From: Wolbachia endosymbiont of Cimex lectularius
GTDB lineage: Bacteria > Pseudomonadota > Alphaproteobacteria > Rickettsiales > Anaplasmataceae
Direction: 5' to 3'
Assembly: GCF_000829315.1 (NCBI RefSeq)
Contig: NZ_AP013028.1
Location: 990,001 to 1,022,000 of the forward strand
DNA length: 32,000 bases
Shown here: positions 7,935 to 17,266 of the stretch, piece by piece
How positions within the stretch are numbered: position 1 is the stretch's first letter
Layout: the number at the start of each line of letters is the position of its first letter
Position numbers and translations under genes: made by a program
Notes under the pieces: generated by a model
Seen by the model: the letters and a program-made list of their open reading frames with translations, nothing else
Told to the model about the DNA's origin: nothing
The model's database searches: none

Positions 7935-9473
7935 TTAAAGTGTACGTTCAATAGCACTTTCTATAAGAGAGATAGTATTATCTATTCCATAAAGCTTTAT
8001 AAAAGACCCCATTCTTGGCCCGGTTTTTTGGCCAAGCAGTGTTTCATACAGCAGCTGAAACCAATCGCGTAAGTTGCTGTAATTATGCCTTTTTCCGATG
8101 GAAAAGATCTGGGATTGAATCTCCTCAGCAGTGGCCGTAATAGGCAGGGAATGCAGGGTATTCTTTAAATCTAGCAATGCTTCCTTCTCTTCTTCATTTG
8201 GAGCCTTATATGCTTTCGTTGGCTTGATAAAGTCGTGATAATACTTAACTGCGAAATCTGAAAGCCTATTGAGCATTTTGCTATTTTCTGGTGTAACGTC
8301 CGGTGCATAGGTGGATATAAAACCCCAAAGAATCTCTTTATTTTCAGCATTACAGGCTGCTGCTAGGTTTAAAAGCAATGAGAAATTTATGCCTGAAGTT
8401 TCTATATTTGGAACTCTACCTTGGTGAATGTGCCATACAGGACTGTTTACATCCTTTTCTTCACTCTCATTGTAACGCTTAACAAACTCCAAATATTCAT
8501 CAGTTGATTTTGGTATAACATTGAAATATAAACGTTTAGCCTTTTTTGGGCTCTGAAAAATGTATAACGCCAAGCTCTCTGTCGGTGCATAAGTAAGCCA
8601 TTCTTCAATTGAAATACCATTTCCTTTTGATTTCGATATCTTCTTTCCTTCTTTATCAAGGAAAAACTCGTAGCAAAATAGCAGTGGTGGCTTTTCTCCA
8701 AGTATTTTGCATATTTGACTTGAAAGCACAGCAGATGGAGTTAAATCTTTTCCATGAGCTTCGTAGTTGACTCCAAATGCAGCCCATCTCATTCCCCAGT
8801 CTGGTTTCCATTGCAATTTGCATCTTCCTTTTGTCACTGGAACTTCTATTTTTTCTCCATTTGCATCTTCGTATGTAATTGTTCCTTTGTCTGTATCCCT
8901 TTCAATCACTGGAACTTGTAGAACTTGGGAAGTTTTTGAACATACCGGCAAGAATGGATTATAGGTCTGCTGTCTTTCTTCTCGGAAAGATGGAAGCATT
9001 ACATCCATCACTTTATCGTAATTTTTCAGCAAAAGTAAGAGCTTTTCATCGTAAACACCAGATTTATAGCACTCTGTAGCACTTCTAAACTCGTATTCAA
9101 ACTCAAATAAATCAAGGAATTTACACAGCAATGAATTCATGTGATGACCATAACTCTCATGAGTGCCAAATGGGTCAGGTATCATGGTTAGTGGCTTGTT
9201 CAAATGCTCTCTTAGCATCTCCTGATTTGGCACATTGTCTGGTATTTTTCGCAAACCATCCATATCATCGGATACTGCAATGATTTTGATTTTTATACTA
9301 GGAGCTATTTTCTTTAGTGCATTTGCAACAACTGTAGTACGAAAAACTTCTCCAAAAGTACCAATATGCGGCAAACCTGAAGGTCCATAGCCAGTCTCAA
9401 ATATTATCTCTTTTTTGTTAGGAAACTCTTGTAATATTTTTTCTGCTTCTTGAAACGGCCAACTCATCATCAT
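7935..9473 (-). CDS. lysK: Lysine--tRNA ligase, class I
   Basis: 512 aa. HIGH-type motif PSGLPHIGTFGE near the N-terminus and KMSKS-type motif KISKSKGNG. Length and pattern match the class I LysRS found in Rickettsiales. Confidence 0.9.
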   Translation of the reverse strand: MMMSWPFQEAEKILQEFPNKKEIIFETGYGPSGLPHIGTFGEVFRTTVVANALKKIAPSIKIKIIAVSDDMDGLRKIPDNVPNQEMLREHLNKPLTMIPDPFGTHESYGHHMNSLLCKFLDLFEFEYEFRSATECYKSGVYDEKLLLLLKNYDKVMDVMLPSFREERQQTYNPFLPVCSKTSQVLQVPVIERDTDKGTITYEDANGEKIEVPVTKGRCKLQWKPDWGMRWAAFGVNYEAHGKDLTPSAVLSSQICKILGEKPPLLFCYEFFLDKEGKKISKSKGNGISIEEWLTYAPTESLALYIFQSPKKAKRLYFNVIPKSTDEYLEFVKRYNESEEKDVNSPVWHIHQGRVPNIETSGINFSLLLNLAAACNAENKEILWGFISTYAPDVTPENSKMLNRLSDFAVKYYHDFIKPTKAYKAPNEEEKEALLDLKNTLHSLPITATAEEIQSQIFSIGKRHNYSNLRDWFQLLYETLLGQKTGPRMGSFIKLYGIDNTISLIESAIERTL

Positions 9474-9577
9474 TAGGGTTAAATTACTTATCTTACCTAA
9501 AGTGCTACTGATTTCAATAGATTTTTAATTAATGATGTAGTATTAGTGTTAGAGCTATTAATTAGAAGGTCAAGGAT
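9474..9577. promoter_or_regulatory. Divergent intergenic region between lysK and virB3 (presumed promoters)
   Basis: 104-bp AT-rich spacer between divergently oriented genes, with aaggtcaagg just upstream of the virB3 ATG. No promoter hexamers could be assigned confidently. Confidence 0.3.
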
Positions 9578-9874
9578 ATGTCTACAGGTAATATACAAAC
9601 AGATCAATTGTTTAAAGGTCTTACAAGACCTGCAATGCTTTTTGGTGTGAGTTATATGTTTGCAATATTAAACGTTCTAACTTGCATGCTAATTTTCATT
9701 AATTCAAATGATCTGAGAATAATTCTCTTGATGCTACCAGGAATACACGGACTTGGTTATATAGCTTCCGCAAAAGAACCATTGTTTATTGAATTATTTA
9801 TGGTAAAATTAGGAAAATGCTCCAAGTGTTTAAATCGTTTTTATCACGGAGCCAATTCTTACGATGTTGCTTGA
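9578..9874 (+). CDS. virB3: Type IV secretion system protein VirB3
   Basis: 98 aa with a hydrophobic hairpin (MLFGVSYMFAILNVLTCMLIFI, ILLMLPGIHGLGYI). It lies directly upstream of virB4, the canonical position. Confidence 0.85.
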   Translation: MSTGNIQTDQLFKGLTRPAMLFGVSYMFAILNVLTCMLIFINSNDLRIILLMLPGIHGLGYIASAKEPLFIELFMVKLGKCSKCLNRFYHGANSYDVA

Positions 9875-9883
9875 AAATATGCG

Positions 9884-12289
9884 ATGCTGAGATTTAGAGC
9901 TATTCAATCGAAGAATAAATCTATTCTAGGCAGGGAGGTTCACGCTGCAGAGTTTTTACCGTACTCTTGTTACTGGAACAGCACAACCTTAATAACAAAG
10001 CAAAATTGGTTAGTGAAGTTTATCAAATTAAATGGCTTCGCATTTGAAACAGCCGATGATGAAGATTTGGTAATACAAAACAAGATCAGGAATCAGATGC
10101 TAAGAAGCATTTCATCCCCGGCATTTAGTTTATATTTCCACACCATTAGGCGTAAGAAAAACATTTTTTCTGATGAATTTGCAAGTCAGAATTTGCCAAA
10201 TTTTTTTGCTAACCACGTAAATCTAAAATGGAGAGAAAAACACGCAACAAGGCAATCGTTTATTAATGACTTATACATTACAATTATTCGTAGGGCAGAT
10301 ACAAAAGGAGTAGAATTTTTATCACATCTACTAAAAAAATTTGGACATGTAACCTCAAAACATGCTTGGGAAAGCGATATGCGCGCTACTTATGAAGACT
10401 TAGAGGAGACAACAAACCGTGTGGTAACGAGCCTCAGGAATTACTCACCTAAAATCCTTGAAGTAAAAGAAACCCCAAATGGCCTATTCTGTGAAATAAT
10501 GGAATTTCTATCTAGGATTGTAAATTGTGGCTTTGTTACAAATACACTCCTTCCGCTAAAAACTGAAATATCAAGATACTTACCGGTACATAGGTTGTTT
10601 TTTGGCCGTAAGATGATACAGGTTGTGACTCATAATGAAAGTAAATACGCTGGAATAGTTAGCATCAAAGAGTATGGAAATAATACTTCTGCAGGTATGC
10701 TCGATTCCTTTTTACAACTTCCTTATGAATTTATCATCACACAGTCTTTCCAATTTACAAATAGGCAAATGGCAATTGCAAAAATGCAGATACAGCAAAA
10801 TCGGATGATACAATCTGCAGATAAAGCTATTTCTCAAATAGCAGAAATCTCTCATGCACTTGATGATGCAATGAGTGGTAAGATTGCGTTTGGTGAACAT
10901 CACTTAACTATCCTATGTATAGAAAAAAGCCCTAAATCATTGGATAATGCTTTGTCGTTGGTAGAATCAGAGCTTTCTAATTGCGGTGTTTACCCTATTC
11001 GTGAGAGAGTTAATCTTGAACCAGCATTTTGGGCACAAATTCCAGGTAATTTCGATTATATAGTAAGAAAAGGTACAATAAGTAGTCTTAATTTGGCTGG
11101 TTTTGCATCTCAACATAATTATCCTACTGGTAAAAAGTTCAATAACCACTGGGGAGATGCTGTTACAGTTTTTGACACAACATCTGGCACCCCATTTTTC
11201 TTCAACTTTCATATAAGGGATGTTGGACACACTATGATAATTGGGCCAACTGGTGCTGGTAAGACTGTTTTAATGAATTTCTTATGTGCTCAAGCAATGA
11301 AATTTTCTCCAAGAATATTCTTTTTTGATAAAGATCGTGGTGCAGAGATTTTTTTGAGAGCACTTGGTGGCATCTACACTATAATAGAACCTAGAACTAA
11401 AACAAATTTTAATCCTCTACAACTTGACGATACTCCTGATAATAGAACATTTTTAATGGAGTGGATAAAATCTTTAATCTCGGTGTACAATGATAAATTC
11501 ACTTCAGAAGATATTGCACGAATTAATGATGCAATTGAAGGAAATTTTAAATTGAGAAAAGAAGACAGATTTTTAAGAAATCTCGTACCATTTTTAGGGC
11601 TTGCAGGCCCTGATACTCTAGCTGGAGCAATATCTATGTGGCATGGTGATGGTTCTCATGCTGCAGTATTTGACAATAAAGAAGACTTGTTAGATTTTTC
11701 GAAAGCAAGGGTATTTGGCTTTGAAATGGCTAACTTGCTCAAAGATCCCGTTGCTCTTGGACCGGTCTTGATTTATTTGTTTCATAGGATTAGTATATCT
11801 CTTGATGGCACTCCATCTATTATTGTCCTTGATGAGGCATGGGCGTTAATAGATAATCCAGTTTTTGCACCTAAGATAAAAGACTGGTTGAAAGTGCTGA
11901 GGAAATTAAATGCTTTTGTGATTTTTGCTACTCAGAGTGTTGAAGATGCAAGTAAAAGTGCTATTAGTGATACGCTTGTACAGCAAACAGCAACACAGAT
12001 TTTTTTGCCAAATCTGAAAGCTACTAGTGTCTATCGGGATGTTTTTATGTTAACTGAACGTGAGTACATACTAATTAAACACACAGATCCAAGCACTAGA
12101 TTTTTTTTGGTAAAGCAAGGAGTCAATGCTGTTGTGGCTAGAATAGCCTTAAAAGGCTTAGATGATATAGTCAACGTGTTATCCGGACGTGCAGAAAGTG
12201 TTCTATTGTTACATGATATACTAAAAGAGGTCGGAGACGACCCAAAGGTGTGGTTGCCTATATTCTGTCAGAAGGTAAAAAATGTTTAA
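9884..12289 (+). CDS. virB4: Type IV secretion system ATPase VirB4
   Basis: 801 aa. Walker A GPTGAGKT and Walker B-like IIVLDEAW. Starts 10 nt after the virB3 stop. Confidence 0.95.
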   Translation: MLRFRAIQSKNKSILGREVHAAEFLPYSCYWNSTTLITKQNWLVKFIKLNGFAFETADDEDLVIQNKIRNQMLRSISSPAFSLYFHTIRRKKNIFSDEFASQNLPNFFANHVNLKWREKHATRQSFINDLYITIIRRADTKGVEFLSHLLKKFGHVTSKHAWESDMRATYEDLEETTNRVVTSLRNYSPKILEVKETPNGLFCEIMEFLSRIVNCGFVTNTLLPLKTEISRYLPVHRLFFGRKMIQVVTHNESKYAGIVSIKEYGNNTSAGMLDSFLQLPYEFIITQSFQFTNRQMAIAKMQIQQNRMIQSADKAISQIAEISHALDDAMSGKIAFGEHHLTILCIEKSPKSLDNALSLVESELSNCGVYPIRERVNLEPAFWAQIPGNFDYIVRKGTISSLNLAGFASQHNYPTGKKFNNHWGDAVTVFDTTSGTPFFFNFHIRDVGHTMIIGPTGAGKTVLMNFLCAQAMKFSPRIFFFDKDRGAEIFLRALGGIYTIIEPRTKTNFNPLQLDDTPDNRTFLMEWIKSLISVYNDKFTSEDIARINDAIEGNFKLRKEDRFLRNLVPFLGLAGPDTLAGAISMWHGDGSHAAVFDNKEDLLDFSKARVFGFEMANLLKDPVALGPVLIYLFHRISISLDGTPSIIVLDEAWALIDNPVFAPKIKDWLKVLRKLNAFVIFATQSVEDASKSAISDTLVQQTATQIFLPNLKATSVYRDVFMLTEREYILIKHTDPSTRFFLVKQGVNAVVARIALKGLDDIVNVLSGRAESVLLLHDILKEVGDDPKVWLPIFCQKVKNV

Positions 12290-14804
12290 GACTAAGCTGT
12301 CATTGCTATTAATTGCGATATTTTTATTAAATATTGATTTTTTACTCTCATATCCAGTGTTTGCAGATGAGGTAAGTGGTACTGAAAAGACGGAATTCGT
12401 TAGTAGGTTTAATTCTACTGGCAGCTTTAGTCGTGCCACTAACCCTGATTGTGGAGCATTTAAGACGGCTGCAGCACTTGCAGGAATAGCTATTGCTGTT
12501 GGTGCAATATTGACTGGCATCATTTTAAGTGTTTCTTCTACTTTCTTACTTGCTGCTTTTGCTGTCGTCGGAATGATAGCTGCAGTTATTGGGGTCTGGA
12601 AAGCTATAGGAGGGCTTGTTGTTTGTCAACATAGTTTTGTTAGACATCCAGTTGCACGCAATCACAAGGGAAAATATAAAAACTTCAAACTAGAAAACAC
12701 AAGTTATAGTGATTACACGGATAAAAATTATCAAACTGAGGATGAATATTTTTCTGCACTACAAGGAAAATCAGGAAAAGATGGAAAACAGACAGAAAAA
12801 GAGATTTTAAACTTTACTGATTGGAACGTTGTTAATGTCAATAGAGAAAACTATTACTGGCCAAAAAATGGTGCGCAATATAGTGAGTATATAGAAATAT
12901 GTCATCGAAATCCTTTAACATTTGGCAAGTTATTTCAATCATATGAAGAAATAGAAAAAGACTTCGATGTAAGAGAGAAAGAGCTTAACTATGGAAAGGA
13001 AGGATGGTCTCCAAAGGTTGATGGCGACTTAGAGTGCAAAGTTCTTAAAGCAGGGCAAAGCGAAACCATACATGGGTCAACATTCAAGGCAGTAAAAAAA
13101 ATGGGCAGGTTGTGTGTGGAGTTAGAAAGTGTTAGTACACTTGGTATTAAAATGACTCCTTGGCCACAAGGGGTTGATATGGGATGTACGGAATTGCCAC
13201 CCGACCCAATTGCTCCTATGTGTGAAAAATCTGTGATGATATTCAAAAATAAGGATGGCACAGGGAAAGAAGAAGTTTCTATGGGTATTGATGATGATTA
13301 TAGAACTACTATAAGAAATAAGAAAAAAGAAGGAAAAATTTTTGCAGGTTATAATAATGCCAGTTGTTTTAGCCAGTATGTCTCTGAAGCTTGCTACAAT
13401 CAAGCGGGAAGTAAGTCACTAGCTCCTGTTCCCATAACTTCTATGATAGTGCAATGCATTAAGGAATCGTTGGATAATTTAGTGGCTGGTCGTGATTCAA
13501 GCGGCAACCTACTGAAAGACGAGCGTGGAAATAGGAAGGGTAGTTTCTTATCTGTAGCACAGAAAAAGCTGAAAAACACCGTAACTGCCGTTTTAGTTTT
13601 AGCTTTGATACTATTTTCTATAAAAGCCATGTCTGGTGGTGTTCGCAGTCCTCAAGAAATGTACATGTTGATCATTAAATTTGCCTTAGTGATTTATTTC
13701 ACAACAGGCGATACCATGTCTCATTATTATGGAGAATTGACAAAACTTTCAAATGGTTTGTCAGAAATAGTGCTCAAAGCTTCATCTGAAAGTAAAGGTA
13801 TATGTAATTATAATGCAGGTACAGATTATGAATACGATCGTGCAGGAAAAAGGGTATCTTACAGTTATCTTGCACCTTGGGACAGACTCGATTGTAGAAT
13901 TCTATTTTACTTAGGAGCGCCTTTAGATGGAATTGGTGGCAAAATTGGTACTGGAAGTGTAGGGATATTGGCTGTTTTACTAGGTGCTGCTCCTGTTTTG
14001 TTAGCAGCAGGCTCAATAATCGGTATCATTTTTGCTGGTGGGCAAATTTTAATAGCTATTGTTGCCATATTCATGGCTGTTATGATGATGATGGTTATTT
14101 TGTGGATATGCTACGTATTTATTTTATCTTTAGTTGCTCTAAGTGTAATAATCATCTTGTCACCTTTGTTTATCCCTATGGTTTTATTCCAACGCACTAA
14201 AGGATACTTTGATGGGTGGATAAGGGAGTTGATTACCTATAGTCTATACCCTGTTATGCTTTTTGCGTTTTTATCCTTTATGTTTATAACATGTGATAAA
14301 ATCTATTTTAAAAACTTGAACTTTGAGCTGGATAGGAAATATGAAGAGAAGATAAAAGACTCGGGTAGTAGTAAAAAACAGTGGTTTAAACTGAAAAGCG
14401 GTGAATGTGATAAAAATGAAGATACTCTTGCATGTATGATGCAGAATTACAGCTTTAAGAAAAGCAGCATACTTGGTCTATTTAGCTTTACATACATGGA
14501 ATTTGGCAGTTCTCCTATCGGGGAGTTACTAAAATTGGCTCTAATATTGCTTCTGTTTTATCACTTTTTGCATATTCTGCCAGGGATGGCTGCAGAGCTT
14601 TCTGGTAATTACAGAGCAGCACTCGGCTCTGGTGATACACCTGCAAAAATGATGTCAAAAGCCTTTTCTGCAGGTAAAGCTATTGCTGGGGCCATTGGTA
14701 AAGCTAAATCCGGGGATGCTGCTGGAGCTGCTAAAGATGCTCAGAGGGTTAGAGATACTGTAGGTGGGTCTAGTAAGTCTAGTGAGTCTGCTAATAAGAA
14801 ATGA
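12282..14804 (+). CDS. virB6: Extended VirB6/TrbL-family T4SS channel protein, paralog 1
   Basis: 840 aa. Its ATG overlaps the virB4 stop by 8 nt. It has an N-terminal signal peptide (..SYPVFADE), a polytopic TM block and the paralog-conserved motif GYFDGWIRELITYSLYPVMLF. The C-terminal tail is Gly/Ala/Lys-rich. Confidence 0.85.
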   Translation: MFKTKLSLLLIAIFLLNIDFLLSYPVFADEVSGTEKTEFVSRFNSTGSFSRATNPDCGAFKTAAALAGIAIAVGAILTGIILSVSSTFLLAAFAVVGMIAAVIGVWKAIGGLVVCQHSFVRHPVARNHKGKYKNFKLENTSYSDYTDKNYQTEDEYFSALQGKSGKDGKQTEKEILNFTDWNVVNVNRENYYWPKNGAQYSEYIEICHRNPLTFGKLFQSYEEIEKDFDVREKELNYGKEGWSPKVDGDLECKVLKAGQSETIHGSTFKAVKKMGRLCVELESVSTLGIKMTPWPQGVDMGCTELPPDPIAPMCEKSVMIFKNKDGTGKEEVSMGIDDDYRTTIRNKKKEGKIFAGYNNASCFSQYVSEACYNQAGSKSLAPVPITSMIVQCIKESLDNLVAGRDSSGNLLKDERGNRKGSFLSVAQKKLKNTVTAVLVLALILFSIKAMSGGVRSPQEMYMLIIKFALVIYFTTGDTMSHYYGELTKLSNGLSEIVLKASSESKGICNYNAGTDYEYDRAGKRVSYSYLAPWDRLDCRILFYLGAPLDGIGGKIGTGSVGILAVLLGAAPVLLAAGSIIGIIFAGGQILIAIVAIFMAVMMMMVILWICYVFILSLVALSVIIILSPLFIPMVLFQRTKGYFDGWIRELITYSLYPVMLFAFLSFMFITCDKIYFKNLNFELDRKYEEKIKDSGSSKKQWFKLKSGECDKNEDTLACMMQNYSFKKSSILGLFSFTYMEFGSSPIGELLKLALILLLFYHFLHILPGMAAELSGNYRAALGSGDTPAKMMSKAFSAGKAIAGAIGKAKSGDAAGAAKDAQRVRDTVGGSSKSSESANKK

Positions 14805-14872
14805 GAGGGTCCTTAGTCTAAAAAATGAGTAACAGATGCTTAAACATTTAAGTAACCAAAATTTGGTAAGTT

Positions 14873-17266
14873 ATGCATAAGTTTTTGTTGATAGTGACAC
14901 TCTTTATATTGTCCGGTTGTGAGCGTCACTGTATTAAACCAGAAGATTTATCAGGCTTGCGCGAGAAATTAGATGTAGTGTCAACAGAGCAGAAGTGGGT
15001 TGATTCTGGTGTCCATATCTCAGGTAGTGTAAAAGTAACAGAAATTAGTATAGTGCTTAGCAAGGTTAATTTTTGTCCTAAGCGGTATGAAGATTTTGCA
15101 GTTCAACCTGGGAAAGATCCTGTTGTTGTTACATTACCATTTGCGCTTAAAGCTGGTGATTCAATAAGCTTTAGTGTCATTGGGAGTAAAATGTGTAAAA
15201 ACGATAATGGCACGGTCACCTATAAAAAAATTGACGAGAGTTGCGGTGAAGGAGAGACGGAGTATTTTGCACATGTTTTAAATCGAGAAGAATGTCAAGC
15301 AATATGGCAGAATGGAGAATATAAGTACACAATATGTCCTAATAAACTCATGATAGGCAGCGCAAAATGGCTGCCCGGCCAAGAGTACTGGAGTTCAGAT
15401 TTTTCAAAACCAGACCAAGAAAAAAGAAGAAAGGAGATTGGGAATATTAACTCTATAAAGCAGGGAGAAAATATAGACTGCAGCAAGCTTTCAAGCGATC
15501 AGAAAAGTAAGATGGATACGTACATTCTGAATCTTGCATGTAAAAATACATGTTATTACTCTGGCCAAAATTGTGTTGAAATTGAATCCAATACTATAGA
15601 TGATGGCAACTTGATTAAAAGCCTTGGTGATGCTTTAGTTGCTGCTGAAGATAAAGCAAGCGAAATTACTAAAGCCACTAAAAAGATTGCAGAAAAAGGA
15701 GGGATAAAGACTTATATCCCATCGTTAGTAGTGTCAACGCAGAGAGAAAGTTTTAATGCATGGACTAACTATGATCATAAAGTGGAGAAAGATCATCCTC
15801 AAGGTGAAAAATTAACTTTCACCTTTTCTTGTAAAGACCAATGCAAGGGTGGCTACAACATAAGAGTAACAAGAGTTCCTAATCCTACTAACCTAAAAAA
15901 TAGCTTATATATACGTGTGTCTGACACATTCCCTGAACATGACCCTGATGAAACCCAGGGAGATATACTTGTTGATATTAACGAAGTTCATGATACTAAG
16001 TACATGGAAGGCTTAAAAGACAAGCTAAAAAACAAAAGCGGCACCATATATTATGGAATAAGAGACCATGGCTGTGATTATAAGGAAAACGAAGGTCAGT
16101 TTAGCATTAACCTAACGACCAAAGAACCACCTACAAGAACTTTTAGTGTGATATATAATTTTTTTGATGAGAAAGTAAAAACTGCATTTTTTGGCTCTAG
16201 CTACAAAGATCCAAATGTGGTCCACTCTGATTCTAGCCCTGTAAAGTCTCTTTATCAAAGTTTTGTAGCGTCAAATAGAACGAAGACCATTCGATCCACG
16301 ATAGTATCGCTGTTAGTATTGTATATAGTATTGTATACTCTTTATTACTTTTTTGGCTTAACTCATGTTTCTATATATGAGTTTTTCATTATATGTGTAA
16401 AGATAGGAATTATTACCCAACTGTTGCGAGATAATAGCTGGGATTTTTTTTATAACAATGCTTTTTCTATCTTTATCAACACTCCAAAACAGTTGATAGA
16501 AATAGCAAATTTTAGAGGCACGACATCAAACGTTTTTGAATTTCTCGATTTGCCGTTGAATAGATTTTTGTCAGCACATTCAGTTTTATTAATAATATCT
16601 CTTATATTTTCTGGCCCTCTAGGCATTGTATCTTTTTGCTTAGTGATTTGGGGCTTAATAATAGTGGTATTATCTATTTTTAACGCCTTGTTTTCTTTTA
16701 TTACGTCTATAGCAATAGTTGCGTTATTGCTTTCTTTAACACCTATCTTTATTATTTGCCTTCTGTTTACATACACTAGACAGATGTTTCACAATTGGGT
16801 CAAAAACTTGGCAAGATTTGCGATTCATCCAGTGGTGCTTTTGATTTTTATATCACTAGTAAGCCAAGTTATGGATTATATTGTGTATTCAGTGTTTAAT
16901 TTCGAGGTCTGCACTACATGTATACTCAAAGTTGACCTAAAGATTTTTAAAATTTGCATCTTCTCTGGATATGCTTCCAAGTATACACCTAATATCGCCG
17001 CTATGATGGCCTTTGTTATCTTGGGTCATGCTATGAAAGCTTTAGTCGAAGCTTCTTCGAAAATATCTGACTCGTTGTTTGGTGTTTATGTGCAAGAAGG
17101 ACCTGGAAAACAATATCAACAGAGCCTAATGGGACTAGTAGGATTAGATGAGCAAAGCGTTCACAGAAGACAGGCTGGAAGAGGAGGAGGTGCTCAACCG
17201 TCAAGCAAAGGACCTCAAATGCCTACAATTCAAAGAACAGTACCACCACCACAACAAAAGCCATGA
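14873..17266 (+). CDS. virB6: Extended VirB6/TrbL-family T4SS channel protein, paralog 2
   Basis: 797 aa. Lipobox-type signal peptide MHKFLLIVTLFILSGC. TM block with the motif RQMFHNWVKNLARFAIHPVVLL. Pro/Gln-rich C-terminal tail. Confidence 0.85.
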   Translation: MHKFLLIVTLFILSGCERHCIKPEDLSGLREKLDVVSTEQKWVDSGVHISGSVKVTEISIVLSKVNFCPKRYEDFAVQPGKDPVVVTLPFALKAGDSISFSVIGSKMCKNDNGTVTYKKIDESCGEGETEYFAHVLNREECQAIWQNGEYKYTICPNKLMIGSAKWLPGQEYWSSDFSKPDQEKRRKEIGNINSIKQGENIDCSKLSSDQKSKMDTYILNLACKNTCYYSGQNCVEIESNTIDDGNLIKSLGDALVAAEDKASEITKATKKIAEKGGIKTYIPSLVVSTQRESFNAWTNYDHKVEKDHPQGEKLTFTFSCKDQCKGGYNIRVTRVPNPTNLKNSLYIRVSDTFPEHDPDETQGDILVDINEVHDTKYMEGLKDKLKNKSGTIYYGIRDHGCDYKENEGQFSINLTTKEPPTRTFSVIYNFFDEKVKTAFFGSSYKDPNVVHSDSSPVKSLYQSFVASNRTKTIRSTIVSLLVLYIVLYTLYYFFGLTHVSIYEFFIICVKIGIITQLLRDNSWDFFYNNAFSIFINTPKQLIEIANFRGTTSNVFEFLDLPLNRFLSAHSVLLIISLIFSGPLGIVSFCLVIWGLIIVVLSIFNALFSFITSIAIVALLLSLTPIFIICLLFTYTRQMFHNWVKNLARFAIHPVVLLIFISLVSQVMDYIVYSVFNFEVCTTCILKVDLKIFKICIFSGYASKYTPNIAAMMAFVILGHAMKALVEASSKISDSLFGVYVQEGPGKQYQQSLMGLVGLDEQSVHRRQAGRGGGAQPSSKGPQMPTIQRTVPPPQQKP

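Noticed and set aside
12989-13630. Chain of antisense ORFs inside virB6-1, plus similar nested or antisense ORFs elsewhere (1066-1296, 2196-2462, 8447-9079, 10712-11230, 12221-12523, 13774-14016, 15295-15486, 16450-16776, 18145-18772, 19976-20372, 20505-20948, 21600-22438, 25545-25736, 26113-26352, 26749-27656, 29711-29987, 30828-31851)
   Set aside because: All lie within longer ORFs that have clear family signatures. They have low-complexity or Cys/Phe/Ile-rich translations typical of off-frame reading of AT-rich coding DNA, and none has its own start context.
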